From Armatimonadota bacterium (lineage in GTDB: Bacteria > Armatimonadota > JAAZEB01): DNA of 62,992 nucleotides. A program made the position numbers and the translations under genes. The DNA lies in contig JACQGM010000105.1 of NCBI GenBank assembly GCA_016199585.1, forward strand, positions 1 through 62,992. The letters are read 5' to 3'. Positions 1 to 8,038 of the stretch are shown here, in pieces; the first letter of the stretch is position 1, and the number at the start of each line of letters is the position of its first letter. Under the pieces are notes generated by a model. That model did no database searches, had not been told where the DNA came from, and saw only the letters and a program-made list of their open reading frames with translations.

Positions 1-45
1 ACATGGAAGTTTTCGCTGAGCAGTGACAAGACCCCAGTTGGGGGT

Positions 46-74
46 TGACAGATTCCCAAGCGCGTGCTACAATG
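46..74 (+). promoter_or_regulatory. sigma70-like promoter upstream of the LacI-family gene
   Basis: TTGACA (46-51), 17-nt spacer, TACAAT (69-74). It lies about 110 nt upstream of the proposed GTG start at 187. Confidence 0.55.
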
Positions 75-81
75 CGTGGAG

Positions 82-99
82 ACGATTGTCAGCAATCGT
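82..99. promoter_or_regulatory. inverted repeat, candidate LacI-type operator
   Basis: ACGATTG-N4-CAATCGT sits immediately downstream of the -10 box. That position fits autoregulation by the adjacent LacI-family protein. Confidence 0.4.
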
Positions 100-186
100 T
101 CCCGGGCGACCGACAGAGGGAAGGCGGGCTCCGCTTCTGGATCCCCTGCTCGGGAACGCCTGATCCCCGGCAAGGAGGCGCGGCGA

Positions 187-1269
187 GTGGCGGTTACCCT
201 CAAGGACGTGGCCCGGGAGGCGGGTGTTGCCGTCTCCACGGTATCGCGGGTGCTCGGCGGATCCCCCCACCCGATGACGAGCGTGGCAACCCGCGAACGG
301 GTCATCGAGGCGGCCCACCGCCTGAAGTACCGCTACAACCTCCACGCCCGCCGGCTTCGGACGGGCAGGAGCGAGGTCGTGGGGATCATGGCGTGGGCGC
401 TGACCTGGGGCATCTCCTTCACGAAGCTGCACGCCGTCGAGCGCGCCGTCCGCAGCAAGGGCTACCGTACCCTCGTGCGCTACGCGGTCGAGGCGGAGGA
501 CGCGCTGGTTCAGTTCGCCCACGAGTTCGCCGAGAGCGCCGTGGAGGGAGCGATCCTGCTCAACTTCGGCCCGGACCACCGCGAGGCGCTGGCGATGCTC
601 GTCGAGAGGGAGATCCCGATCGTCAGTCTCGAGCCGTTGGAGGGCGTGAAGGCGGACGTCGTCACCGTAGACCGTGTGTCCGGGGTCTACATGGTCACCA
701 AGCACCTTCTCGAGCTGGGGCACCGTCGGATCGGCATGCTCCACGGCGGCTTCGAGGCGCCCAGGGACAAGGAGCGCCACCAGGGATACCGTCAGGCCCT
801 GGCGGAGCATGGCTGCCCCGTGGATGAGAGGGACCTCGTCCTGCTCGAGGGCGCCGGCGTCATGGTGAGCTACCTTCGCGGCTACCATGCCGCCCGCGAG
901 CTGCTGACCCGCCGGCCGCTGCCGACGGCGCTCTTTTGCAGCAACGACGAGGCGGCCATCGGGGCGATGAAGGCGCTGGAAGAGGCTGGCCTGCGAATCC
1001 CCGAGGAGATGGCGGTCGTCGGATTCGATGATGTTGACGTCGCGGCGTACGCCCCGGTGCCGCTGACAACCGTGGCGCAGCCGGTGGCGGAGCAGGCCGC
1101 GCAGGCGGTTGCGCTCCTCTTCGAGCGGATCGCCAACCCGGAGCAGGAGCGGCCGCCGGCGTTGGTGCGCCTGAAGCCGCGCCTGGTGGTCCGCGCCTCT
1201 TCCGGCGGGCCCGTCGCCCCGGAGACCGTCGGGCGAGCAACAGCTCCGCGTGCGCCGCGGTGCGGCTGA
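187..1269 (+). CDS. LacI/GalR-family transcriptional regulator
   Basis: ORF 64-1269. The HTH '[21 protein letters not shown]' is followed by a sugar-binding-like core. I moved the start to GTG 187 because AAGGAGG (172-178) lies 8 nt upstream and the HTH begins 3 codons later. Confidence 0.85.
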   Translation: MAVTLKDVAREAGVAVSTVSRVLGGSPHPMTSVATRERVIEAAHRLKYRYNLHARRLRTGRSEVVGIMAWALTWGISFTKLHAVERAVRSKGYRTLVRYAVEAEDALVQFAHEFAESAVEGAILLNFGPDHREALAMLVEREIPIVSLEPLEGVKADVVTVDRVSGVYMVTKHLLELGHRRIGMLHGGFEAPRDKERHQGYRQALAEHGCPVDERDLVLLEGAGVMVSYLRGYHAARELLTRRPLPTALFCSNDEAAIGAMKALEEAGLRIPEEMAVVGFDDVDVAAYAPVPLTTVAQPVAEQAAQAVALLFERIANPEQERPPALVRLKPRLVVRASSGGPVAPETVGRATAPRAPRCG

Positions 1270-1382
1270 CGTGGGGGCGTGCTCACGCAGTTGTGGGGAG
1301 CAGATTCGCCGGGACAGGTTCACCCGCACGCAGGGAACGTGCCGGGAGTCCCGGTGAAGTTCGATGCCGTGAGGAGGTTCCT

Positions 1383-2174
1383 ATGTTGCAGATCAAGAAG
1401 GGTCCGGTTACTCACCGCCGAGGGATCAGGGCGTTCACCCTGATCGAATTGCTCGTCGTAATAGCGATCATCGCTATTCTGGCGGCGATTCTCTTTCCAG
1501 TCTTCTCCCGCGCGCGGGAGAGAGCCCGTGCGGCGAGCTGCCTGAACAACATGAAGCAGCTCGGCACCGCGTGGAGCATGTACATGCAGGACTATGACGC
1601 GGTGATGATCGAGCAGATCCGGCCGCCCTGCTATGCGGGCCCGGCGGGCGGCGCCCTGGCGTGTTCGGTCGCTTGGCCCGTCCTGGCGATGCCGTACGTC
1701 AAGAGCTGGGACGTCATCAAGTGCCCATCGTGGTCGGCGAGCATGCCGATGGACCGCACGCAGAACCCCGTACTCCGCAAGCCGCTCAGCTACCTCTACT
1801 CCAAGATGTGTCCGACATCCTGGTGGCTGAACCCCCAGTACACGGGCAAGCAGGGGTTCTGCACCGACTGCTTCACCCTCCCCATCACGGACGCCATGGT
1901 AGAGGATCCTTCCGGCACCCTCTGGCTGGTGGAAGGCGGGAACAGAACCACCGGGCCGCTGGAGTACCAGGTCTACTGGGCTGGCATGCAGGTCGCTTAC
2001 GAGCCGCACGCGGACTACGGCATGAACACCTACTACTCGGGTAGCTCTCTCATCGGGTGCCGGGTGGGGAACCCGCACTTCGACGGCTTCAACGCCGTGT
2101 TCGGTGACGGGCACGCCAAATGGGTGAAGTGGAAGAGCGGCACGCCACGGATGTACACTATCCAGGCAGACTGA
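1383..2174 (+). CDS. prepilin-type N-terminal cleavage/methylation domain protein (H-X9-DG / DUF1559-like pseudopilin-like)
   Basis: ORF 1260-2174 with start at ATG 1383 (GAGGAGG at 1370-1376). '[24 protein letters not shown]' is the prepilin methylation motif. The C-terminal '[13 protein letters not shown]' fits H-X9-DG exactly. Confidence 0.85.
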   Translation: MLQIKKGPVTHRRGIRAFTLIELLVVIAIIAILAAILFPVFSRARERARAASCLNNMKQLGTAWSMYMQDYDAVMIEQIRPPCYAGPAGGALACSVAWPVLAMPYVKSWDVIKCPSWSASMPMDRTQNPVLRKPLSYLYSKMCPTSWWLNPQYTGKQGFCTDCFTLPITDAMVEDPSGTLWLVEGGNRTTGPLEYQVYWAGMQVAYEPHADYGMNTYYSGSSLIGCRVGNPHFDGFNAVFGDGHAKWVKWKSGTPRMYTIQAD

Positions 2175-2187
2175 TGCCCGCCGGTGT

Positions 2188-2218
2188 CGGGGCGCCCCGC
2201 CGACCGCGGGGCGCCCCG
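2188..2218 (+). terminator. GC-rich hairpin after the pseudopilin-like gene
   Basis: The self-complementary 12-mer CGGGGCGCCCCG occurs twice (2188-2199 and 2207-2218) around a 7-nt loop. There is no clear U-tract. Confidence 0.4.
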
Positions 2219-2294
2219 TGAGCGTTCGCTAAGTGGCCGCCGGTGCCTCGTCCGTCAACTCGGGCCATCGCCCGAACGGGGAGGAACAACGCCC

Positions 2295-3809
2295 ATGGTT
2301 CAGGAGATCACACGACGGCGCTTTCTGCTGGCATCGGCCGGCGCAGGCGCTGGATTGCTGATGGGACCGGCCGCATGGTTGGGTGCGGCTTCGCCTGAGG
2401 AGAGACACAGATTGTCAAGGCCCAATATCCTGCTGATCAACTGCGATGACCTCGGCTACGGAGACATCGGGTGCTACGGCTCCAAGGTCCACGGCACGCC
2501 GGCGATCGACCGGATGGCTGCCGAAGGCGTGCGCTTCACCGACTTCTACATGGCGGCGGCATGCTGCTCGCCATCCCGCGCCGCCATGATGACCGGCTGT
2601 CGTCCCCAGCGCATCGGCCTGCAGGCTGGCCACAAGGCGGGCGTGCTCGAGCCCTGCGATCCGATCGGACTGAGCCCCGACGAGATCACGGTAGCCGACT
2701 TGCTGAAGCGCCAGGGCTACGCCACGAAGATCATCGGCAAGTGGCACTGCGGCGACCAGCCCCCCTTCCTGCCCACGCGGCACGGCTTCGACAGCTACTA
2801 CGGCCTCCCCTACAGCAACGACATGCGCATGACGCGCAACTTCCCCGACACGCCCCCGCTGCCGCTCCTGCGCGACGAGGAGGTGGTCGAGGCGGAGCCC
2901 AACCAGGCATCCCTCACCGAGCGGTATACCGAAGAGGCGGTGCGCTTCCTCCGCCAGCATCGTGAGGGGCCCTTCTTGCTCTACTTCGCCCACATGTACG
3001 TCCACGGGCCGATCCAGGTGCCGCAGCGATTCCTAAGCCGATCCCGAGACGAGCACTACGGGGCCGCCGTGGAGCACATCGACTTCGTCGCCGCCGCCCT
3101 CTTCCACGAGCTGAAACGACTCGGTCTCGACGAGAGTACCCTCGTGGTGTTCACCTCGGACAACGGCGCCAACCGGAAGCGCGCCGACTTCGGGAGCAAC
3201 CTGCCGCTGCTCGGCTACAAGGGATCATCGTGGGAAGGCGGCCATCGCGTGCCGTGCATCATGCGCTGGCCGGGGAGGATCCCGGCGGGAAGCGTCTGCC
3301 CGGAAGTCGCCACGGCGATGGACTTTCTGCCCACCTTCACGCGTCTCGCCGGCGGGGAGCCGCCCACCGACCGGATTATTGACGGCAAGGATATCCGGTC
3401 ACTGATGACCGGGGAGCCGGGCGCGAAGTCTCCGTACGACGCCCATTTCTACTACCACGCCAACACGCTGTGTGCGATCCGCATGGGAGACTGGAAGCTC
3501 CATCTCACCGCGCCCAAGGTGCCCAATGGTCCCGGCGGCGAGAAGCGGGATCTGCACCCGGACATGCTCTTCAACCTGCGGGAGGACATTGGCGAGACCA
3601 CTGACGCGGCGCAGAAGCACCCCGACGTGGTGGCCCGCCTGAAGGCGCGCGCCGACATCTGCCGCCGGGACCTGGGCGACCAGGCGACCGGCGCGCGCGG
3701 CGAGAACCGGCGACCGGCCGGCCGGGTGGATGATCCGAAGCCGCTCACGAGATATGATCCCGCCCAGCCGTACATGCACGACCCCTTCCTGGCGGCGGCA
3801 TACGACTGA
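2295..3809 (+). CDS. sulfatase (Cys-type, Tat-exported)
   Basis: ORF 2184-3809 with start at ATG 2295 (GGGGAGGAA upstream). It has a twin-arginine signal 'TRRRFLLASAGAGAG', the sulfatase N-terminus 'NILLINCDDLGYGD' and the formylglycine motif 'CCSPSRAAMMTG'. Confidence 0.9.
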   Translation: MVQEITRRRFLLASAGAGAGLLMGPAAWLGAASPEERHRLSRPNILLINCDDLGYGDIGCYGSKVHGTPAIDRMAAEGVRFTDFYMAAACCSPSRAAMMTGCRPQRIGLQAGHKAGVLEPCDPIGLSPDEITVADLLKRQGYATKIIGKWHCGDQPPFLPTRHGFDSYYGLPYSNDMRMTRNFPDTPPLPLLRDEEVVEAEPNQASLTERYTEEAVRFLRQHREGPFLLYFAHMYVHGPIQVPQRFLSRSRDEHYGAAVEHIDFVAAALFHELKRLGLDESTLVVFTSDNGANRKRADFGSNLPLLGYKGSSWEGGHRVPCIMRWPGRIPAGSVCPEVATAMDFLPTFTRLAGGEPPTDRIIDGKDIRSLMTGEPGAKSPYDAHFYYHANTLCAIRMGDWKLHLTAPKVPNGPGGEKRDLHPDMLFNLREDIGETTDAAQKHPDVVARLKARADICRRDLGDQATGARGENRRPAGRVDDPKPLTRYDPAQPYMHDPFLAAAYD

Positions 3810-3834
3810 GATGTGTTGAGAGAGGAGAGAACCG

Positions 3835-4383
3835 ATGCGACGAACGGCGCTCTGCGCCGGTCTGGCAATCCTGACCTGGGCGTGCCTCGGAATCCCCGGG
3901 GAGGCCCAGATTCCTACACGGGAGGCACGCGTGAGAGATTCCAGCCTGAATCCGGAGTACGTCACCTGGCGGTCTGCGCCCCTGCAACTGGAACCGATCG
4001 AGCCGCCGAAGGAGAGAGAGGCGCCGCTCCTCGCCTGCTACCGCAAGGAGTTCACGCTGCCGGCCGCCGCACGCCAGGCGGCGTTGACGGTGTACCTGCA
4101 GACGAGCCGCACCACTGCCCCTTACTGGATCACTGTGAATGGGCAGGCCCTCTCCGAGCCCCGTGAGGGCGCCCTACAGCTCGCGGGCCTCACCAACCTG
4201 GACGCAACGAAGGTGCTGCGCGCAGGTCGCAACGTCATCACCGTCAAACGCGCATGCACCCTCCCCGCTCAGGCATGGCTCACGGTGGAGGGCATCGTCT
4301 TCTGCGAGGATGGGAGCACCCGCCGCGGCGGCGGCGGATTACGGCGCTGGCGTCGCATTGACAAGAATCCGTCCGCCTGCTAG
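3835..4383 (+). CDS. truncated 5' paralog of the giant proteins at 8039 and 11706 (signal peptide plus beta-sandwich domain only); possibly a gene remnant
   Basis: GAGAGGAGAG RBS and ATG 3835. 'GIPGEAQIPT..SLNPEYVTWRSAPLQL..CYRKEFTLPAAARQAALTVY..VNGQAL..LTNLD..EGIVFCEDGST' aligns residue for residue with the N-termini of the large paralogs. Similarity ends near 4320, and an unrelated Arg/Gly tail then runs to TAG 4381-4383. Confidence 0.6.
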   Translation: MRRTALCAGLAILTWACLGIPGEAQIPTREARVRDSSLNPEYVTWRSAPLQLEPIEPPKEREAPLLACYRKEFTLPAAARQAALTVYLQTSRTTAPYWITVNGQALSEPREGALQLAGLTNLDATKVLRAGRNVITVKRACTLPAQAWLTVEGIVFCEDGSTRRGGGGLRRWRRIDKNPSAC

Positions 4384-4386
4384 TAT
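4358..4386 (+). promoter_or_regulatory. sigma70-like promoter for the GNAT gene
   Basis: TTGACA (4358-4363), 17-nt spacer, TAGTAT (4381-4386). It overlaps the last codons of the truncated paralog. Confidence 0.5.
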
Positions 4387-4435
4387 AGGGCACGGACCGC
4401 CAGAGAGGGAGAGAGGGGGGCGGACGAGGAGGAAC

Positions 4436-4984
4436 ATGCCGACAGACGAAGGCCGGTTCGTAGAGGAGTGGGAGAGGGACGGGCGCCGGATCACGATCCG
4501 CACTGCCCGGTGGAGTGACCTGGACAGCTACGCCGAGATGCACCGAACGCTCTATCAGGAGCGGGTCATGGCCGCCCCTCGCAACGCCGACATGCGGGTG
4601 GGCGGGGAGCTTCTGGGAAAGATGCTCACCCATGACGCCGCGGGCACCGGGATCCTGCTCGTGGCGGAAGCGGACGGGCGCATCGTCGCCGAGGGGACGC
4701 TCACCCCTTCGCACGGCGACCGCAGCATCACCCTCGGTCTGCTGGTCTTGCGCGAGTACCGCGACATGGGCATCGGCCGGCGCCTGATGCGTGCCCTCGA
4801 AGTCGAGGCGCGGCGCCTCGGCAAGGAGCGGATGGATCTCACCGTCTGGAGCGCCAACCCGAGGGCCTACCACCTCTACACCAGCATGGGATACCGGGAG
4901 ATGGGACGCTTCCCCCGGTGGATCCGGTCCGACCTGGCGCCCACCGGGATCTCGGATCTCGTCTGGATGATCAAGGATCTGTAG
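4436..4984 (+). CDS. GNAT-family N-acetyltransferase
   Basis: ORF 4139-4984 with start at ATG 4436 (GAGGAGGA upstream). It carries a GNAT acetyl-CoA-binding-like core, 'LLVLREYRDMGIGRRLMRALEVEARRLG'. Confidence 0.75.
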   Translation: MPTDEGRFVEEWERDGRRITIRTARWSDLDSYAEMHRTLYQERVMAAPRNADMRVGGELLGKMLTHDAAGTGILLVAEADGRIVAEGTLTPSHGDRSITLGLLVLREYRDMGIGRRLMRALEVEARRLGKERMDLTVWSANPRAYHLYTSMGYREMGRFPRWIRSDLAPTGISDLVWMIKDL

Positions 4985-4985
4985 C

Positions 4986-5216
4986 ATGGCGATCATCGGC
5001 CTGGACGTGGGCACCTCGCGGCGCAAGGGCACCCGGGCGCTGGCGGGCGCCGGGGCCGCCGAAGCCCTCCTCCGCGCCGAGATGGAGACCTCCCCCGTGG
5101 CGCCGTTCCAACCCCGCCCGGAGACCGAGGGCCTCGCCGAGGATGCGTATGCCCGCTACCGGCGCCTGGCCGAATGGGTGGCCGCAGAGCGGGCGCTGAG
5201 AGCGGATGATGCTTGA
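4986..5216 (+). CDS. small hypothetical ORF (76 aa), possibly a remnant of an ASKHA/actin-fold ATPase N-terminus
   Basis: It begins 'MAIIGLDVGTS', which resembles the phosphate-1 motif of sugar-kinase/actin-fold ATPases, but the ORF is far too short for that fold. It starts 1 nt after the GNAT stop. Confidence 0.3.
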   Translation: MAIIGLDVGTSRRKGTRALAGAGAAEALLRAEMETSPVAPFQPRPETEGLAEDAYARYRRLAEWVAAERALRADDA

Positions 5217-5302
5217 CCGGCGGGATCCCGCGGGGGAGCGCGCTGCGCTGGTCGCGTGGCTGTACGGCCGGCGACGAGTCGCCGGCCCGGGAAGGAAAGA
5301 GC

Positions 5303-6130
5303 ATGACGGAAGCCTCGCCCGACCCGGCGCGGATGCGCCGGGAGTTCCAAACCGCTGTCGCTGCCCTGGGCTTCGTTGACATCAACGCCTGGGTAGGGAG
5401 CCATCCCGACCCCCTGCGGCCGGCGGAGACCTCTCTCCCCGCGCTGGCCGCGGCCGCAGCCGATGCGGGGATCCGCGAGATGGTGGTCTCGCACACGGAG
5501 TGCGTCTTCGCGGATCCCTGTGAGGGCAACGCTCTCCTCCTGGACGCCGTGGAGGCGAGCGGCGGAGCCGGCATCTCTCTCTGCGCGGGCATCTGCCTGC
5601 TCCCGGAAGGTGAGCTGCCGGGATCGGCGGGGACTTACCTGGATGCGTGCCTTGCCAGGGGCGCTCGCCTGGTCCGGCTCTTCCCCAAGAGCCACCGCTT
5701 CCCTTTGGCCGAATGGTGCTGCGGCGGCGTGCTGGCGGCGCTGGAGGAGCGCCGGCTCCCCCTGATGGTGGGGCACGTGGAGACCTCCTGGTCGGAGCTG
5801 CACGCCCTCTGCGAGCGCCACCCGGACCTACCCGTGATCATTGACGGCGCGGAACAGAAGCTCTTCTATCACAACCGCCCCGTGGAGGCGCTGCTCCGCG
5901 CGCACCCGAACCTCTACGTGGAGTCGCACAACCTGGTACACTTCCTCGGCCTGGACCACCTGGCGCGCCGGGTGGGCGCCGGGCGGTTCCTGTTCGGGTC
6001 CGGGATGCCGCAGAGGGATCCCGCGGCCGCGCTCGCGTGCGTGGCCCTCGCGGATCTGCCGGATGCCGACCGCGCGGCGATCGCTCGCGGCAATTGGCGC
6101 AGGTTGATGGAGGAGGTGCGCACGCCATGA
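5303..6130 (+). CDS. amidohydrolase-family (TIM-barrel metal-dependent hydrolase) protein
   Basis: ORF 5213-6130 with start at ATG 5303 after GGAAGGAAAGAG. 'FVDINAWVG' and the C-terminal 'FLFGSGMPQRDP' resemble the amidohydrolase_2 family. Confidence 0.6.
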   Translation: MTEASPDPARMRREFQTAVAALGFVDINAWVGSHPDPLRPAETSLPALAAAAADAGIREMVVSHTECVFADPCEGNALLLDAVEASGGAGISLCAGICLLPEGELPGSAGTYLDACLARGARLVRLFPKSHRFPLAEWCCGGVLAALEERRLPLMVGHVETSWSELHALCERHPDLPVIIDGAEQKLFYHNRPVEALLRAHPNLYVESHNLVHFLGLDHLARRVGAGRFLFGSGMPQRDPAAALACVALADLPDADRAAIARGNWRRLMEEVRTP

Positions 6131-6900
6131 TCGTTGACTCTCATACCCACATCGGCCTGATGGCCAGCTTCCGCTACGAGGCGCGCTCGGTGAGCGACAT
6201 CCTGGCCGCCTGCGACCGGGCCGGCATCCACACGCTGCTGGCGTGTCACCACCTTGACCTGGTCTACGGGCCGCGGGCGGGTGAAGAGGCGATGCGCCGG
6301 GCCTACGAGGAGTCCGGCGGCCGCATCCTGGCCTACTGCGGCTTCGACCCGCGTCTCCCCGATTCGGCCTCGGTGGGAGAGCGGCTCCTCTCCGCGCCTC
6401 CCTACGTGGGGATCAAGATCCATCCGGTGTTCCATGCGACGCCCGCCGAGGATCCCCGCTACGCCGACGCCTTCGCCCTCGCCCGCGACGCAGGGGTGCC
6501 CCTGATGTCGCACACCTGGTACCGCTCCGCTTACAACCCCCCCCAGGCGCTCAGCCTCCCCGAGCGCTTCCGCGGGCACGTGGAGCGGTTCCCGGAGGTG
6601 CGCTTCATCCTGGGGCACGGCGGCGGCGGTCTGGACGGCCTGGGCTCCGCCATCGAGATGATGCGTACCTACCCGAACGTCCATGCCGACCTCGCCGGGG
6701 ACGTCTACGAGCGCGGCATGATCCGCCGGCTGGCGGAGGCCGCCGGGCCGGAGCGCATCCTCTTCGCCAGTGATATCCCCTGGCTGGACCCCCGCGCGCA
6801 GCTCGGGTGCGTGCTGGCCTCAGGGCTTCCAGACGACGCCCTCCGCCTCATTCTCGGCGGGAACGCGTGCCGGATCTTCCGCATCCCGCAGGGCGCGTGA
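6127..6900 (+). CDS. amidohydrolase-family (amidohydrolase_2-like) protein
   Basis: ATG 6127 overlaps the upstream TGA (ATGA), which suggests translational coupling. 'MIVDSHTHIG', 'IKIHPVFH', 'FILGHGGGG' and 'ILFASDIPWLDP' look like metal-ligand motifs. Confidence 0.75.
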   Translation: MIVDSHTHIGLMASFRYEARSVSDILAACDRAGIHTLLACHHLDLVYGPRAGEEAMRRAYEESGGRILAYCGFDPRLPDSASVGERLLSAPPYVGIKIHPVFHATPAEDPRYADAFALARDAGVPLMSHTWYRSAYNPPQALSLPERFRGHVERFPEVRFILGHGGGGLDGLGSAIEMMRTYPNVHADLAGDVYERGMIRRLAEAAGPERILFASDIPWLDPRAQLGCVLASGLPDDALRLILGGNACRIFRIPQGA

Positions 6901-6953
6901 GGACGGGACACCGCGCAAGACGAGCCTTGGGGCCGATCTGGGGGTCGGAGTCG

Positions 6954-7000
6954 TTCGTAGTGGCTGGCTTCCAGCCGGCTGAACCCGGCCACTACGAACG
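6954..7000 (+). terminator. hairpin downstream of the amidohydrolase pair
   Basis: GTTCGTAGTGGCTGG (6954-6968) pairs with CCGGCCACTACGAAC (6986-7000). There is one wobble position and a 17-nt loop. Confidence 0.45.
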
Positions 7001-7090
7001 CAGAAATGCGCTACTCTTTTCTCAACATCACCAACCGCCGGGCGCGCCGGCCATGACTTCCAGGGCCCTCTCGGAACCAGGAGGTGGTAG

Positions 7091-7837
7091 ATGAGCTTCA
7101 CACAGGAGATGAAGGCGTTCGCAGCGCAGGCAGGCGCGGATCTGGTCGGCGTGGCGCCGGTGGCGCGCTACGCGGGGGCGCCGGAGCTCTTCCACCCACA
7201 GCGGCTTCTCCCCCAGACGAAGTGCGTGGTGTGCATCGCCATCCGGCACCTGCACGGCGTGCTCGTGCCGCAGAACGACCGCGTGGAGCTATACCCCTAC
7301 CAGATGTTCGGCTACGGCTGGCTCAGCAACATCCGCCTGAACATGGTCGCCTTCGAGGTCGCCCGCTTCCTGGAGGACCGCGGATACCTGAGCTGTCCCT
7401 ACCCCTCCTTTCACCAGGGCGACAACGCGCGCCTCTCTCTCCGTCACACCGCGGTGGTGGCCGGACTCGCGACCCTCGGCTGGAACAACCTGGCGATCAC
7501 CCCGAAGTACGGCACCAAGCAGCGGTTCGTGGCCGTGCTCACCTCGGCGGAGCTGGAGCCGGACCCGATGATCGAGGATGACCCGTGCGACCGGTGCATG
7601 GCGTGCGCGAATGCCTGCCCGGTGGGGGCGATCCCCCGCGACGAGGAGATCGCCTATGAGATTGCCGGGCACCCCGTGCGCGTGGCGAAGCTGGACAAGA
7701 AGAAGTGTAACGACTGCCATTTGGGCAAGGGTGGGTGGTTCGAGAACCAGTATCCCCCCTTCGTCACCTTCACGGTGGCCGGACACTGCGGCCGGTGCCT
7801 CATCAACTGTCCGAAGGGCACCTACGCGCCCGCCTGA
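7091..7837 (+). CDS. 4Fe-4S dicluster domain protein (epoxyqueuosine-reductase/dehalogenase-like fold)
   Basis: AGGAGGTGG RBS. It has the ferredoxin-type motif 'CDRCMACANACPVGAIP' plus a second Cys cluster, 'CNDCH...GHCGRCLINCP'. Confidence 0.6.
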   Translation: MSFTQEMKAFAAQAGADLVGVAPVARYAGAPELFHPQRLLPQTKCVVCIAIRHLHGVLVPQNDRVELYPYQMFGYGWLSNIRLNMVAFEVARFLEDRGYLSCPYPSFHQGDNARLSLRHTAVVAGLATLGWNNLAITPKYGTKQRFVAVLTSAELEPDPMIEDDPCDRCMACANACPVGAIPRDEEIAYEIAGHPVRVAKLDKKKCNDCHLGKGGWFENQYPPFVTFTVAGHCGRCLINCPKGTYAPA

Positions 7838-8038
7838 CGCCCATCGGCCTTCGGGCACCGGCGGCGTGCTCGCGCCAACCTGCCACGCACCGAGTGGGCA
7901 GAAGGGAATGCGGAGGTGACGCGCAGAAGTTGGTTGAGGAGAACGATCAAATACGGATGAGCCCTTCTGTCCAGCTTGGAGCCGGCGACCGCTCCGACTG
8001 CCCCGGGTCGGGCTCGGACGCCCACACAGGAGAAACGA

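Noticed and set aside
7976-8038. The TTG start at 7976 suggested by the ORF track for P1.
   Set aside because: There is no RBS, and the extra 21 residues are not hydrophobic. ATG 8039 has AGGAG at the proper spacing and aligns with an internal Met of P2. The extension remains possible but is less likely.
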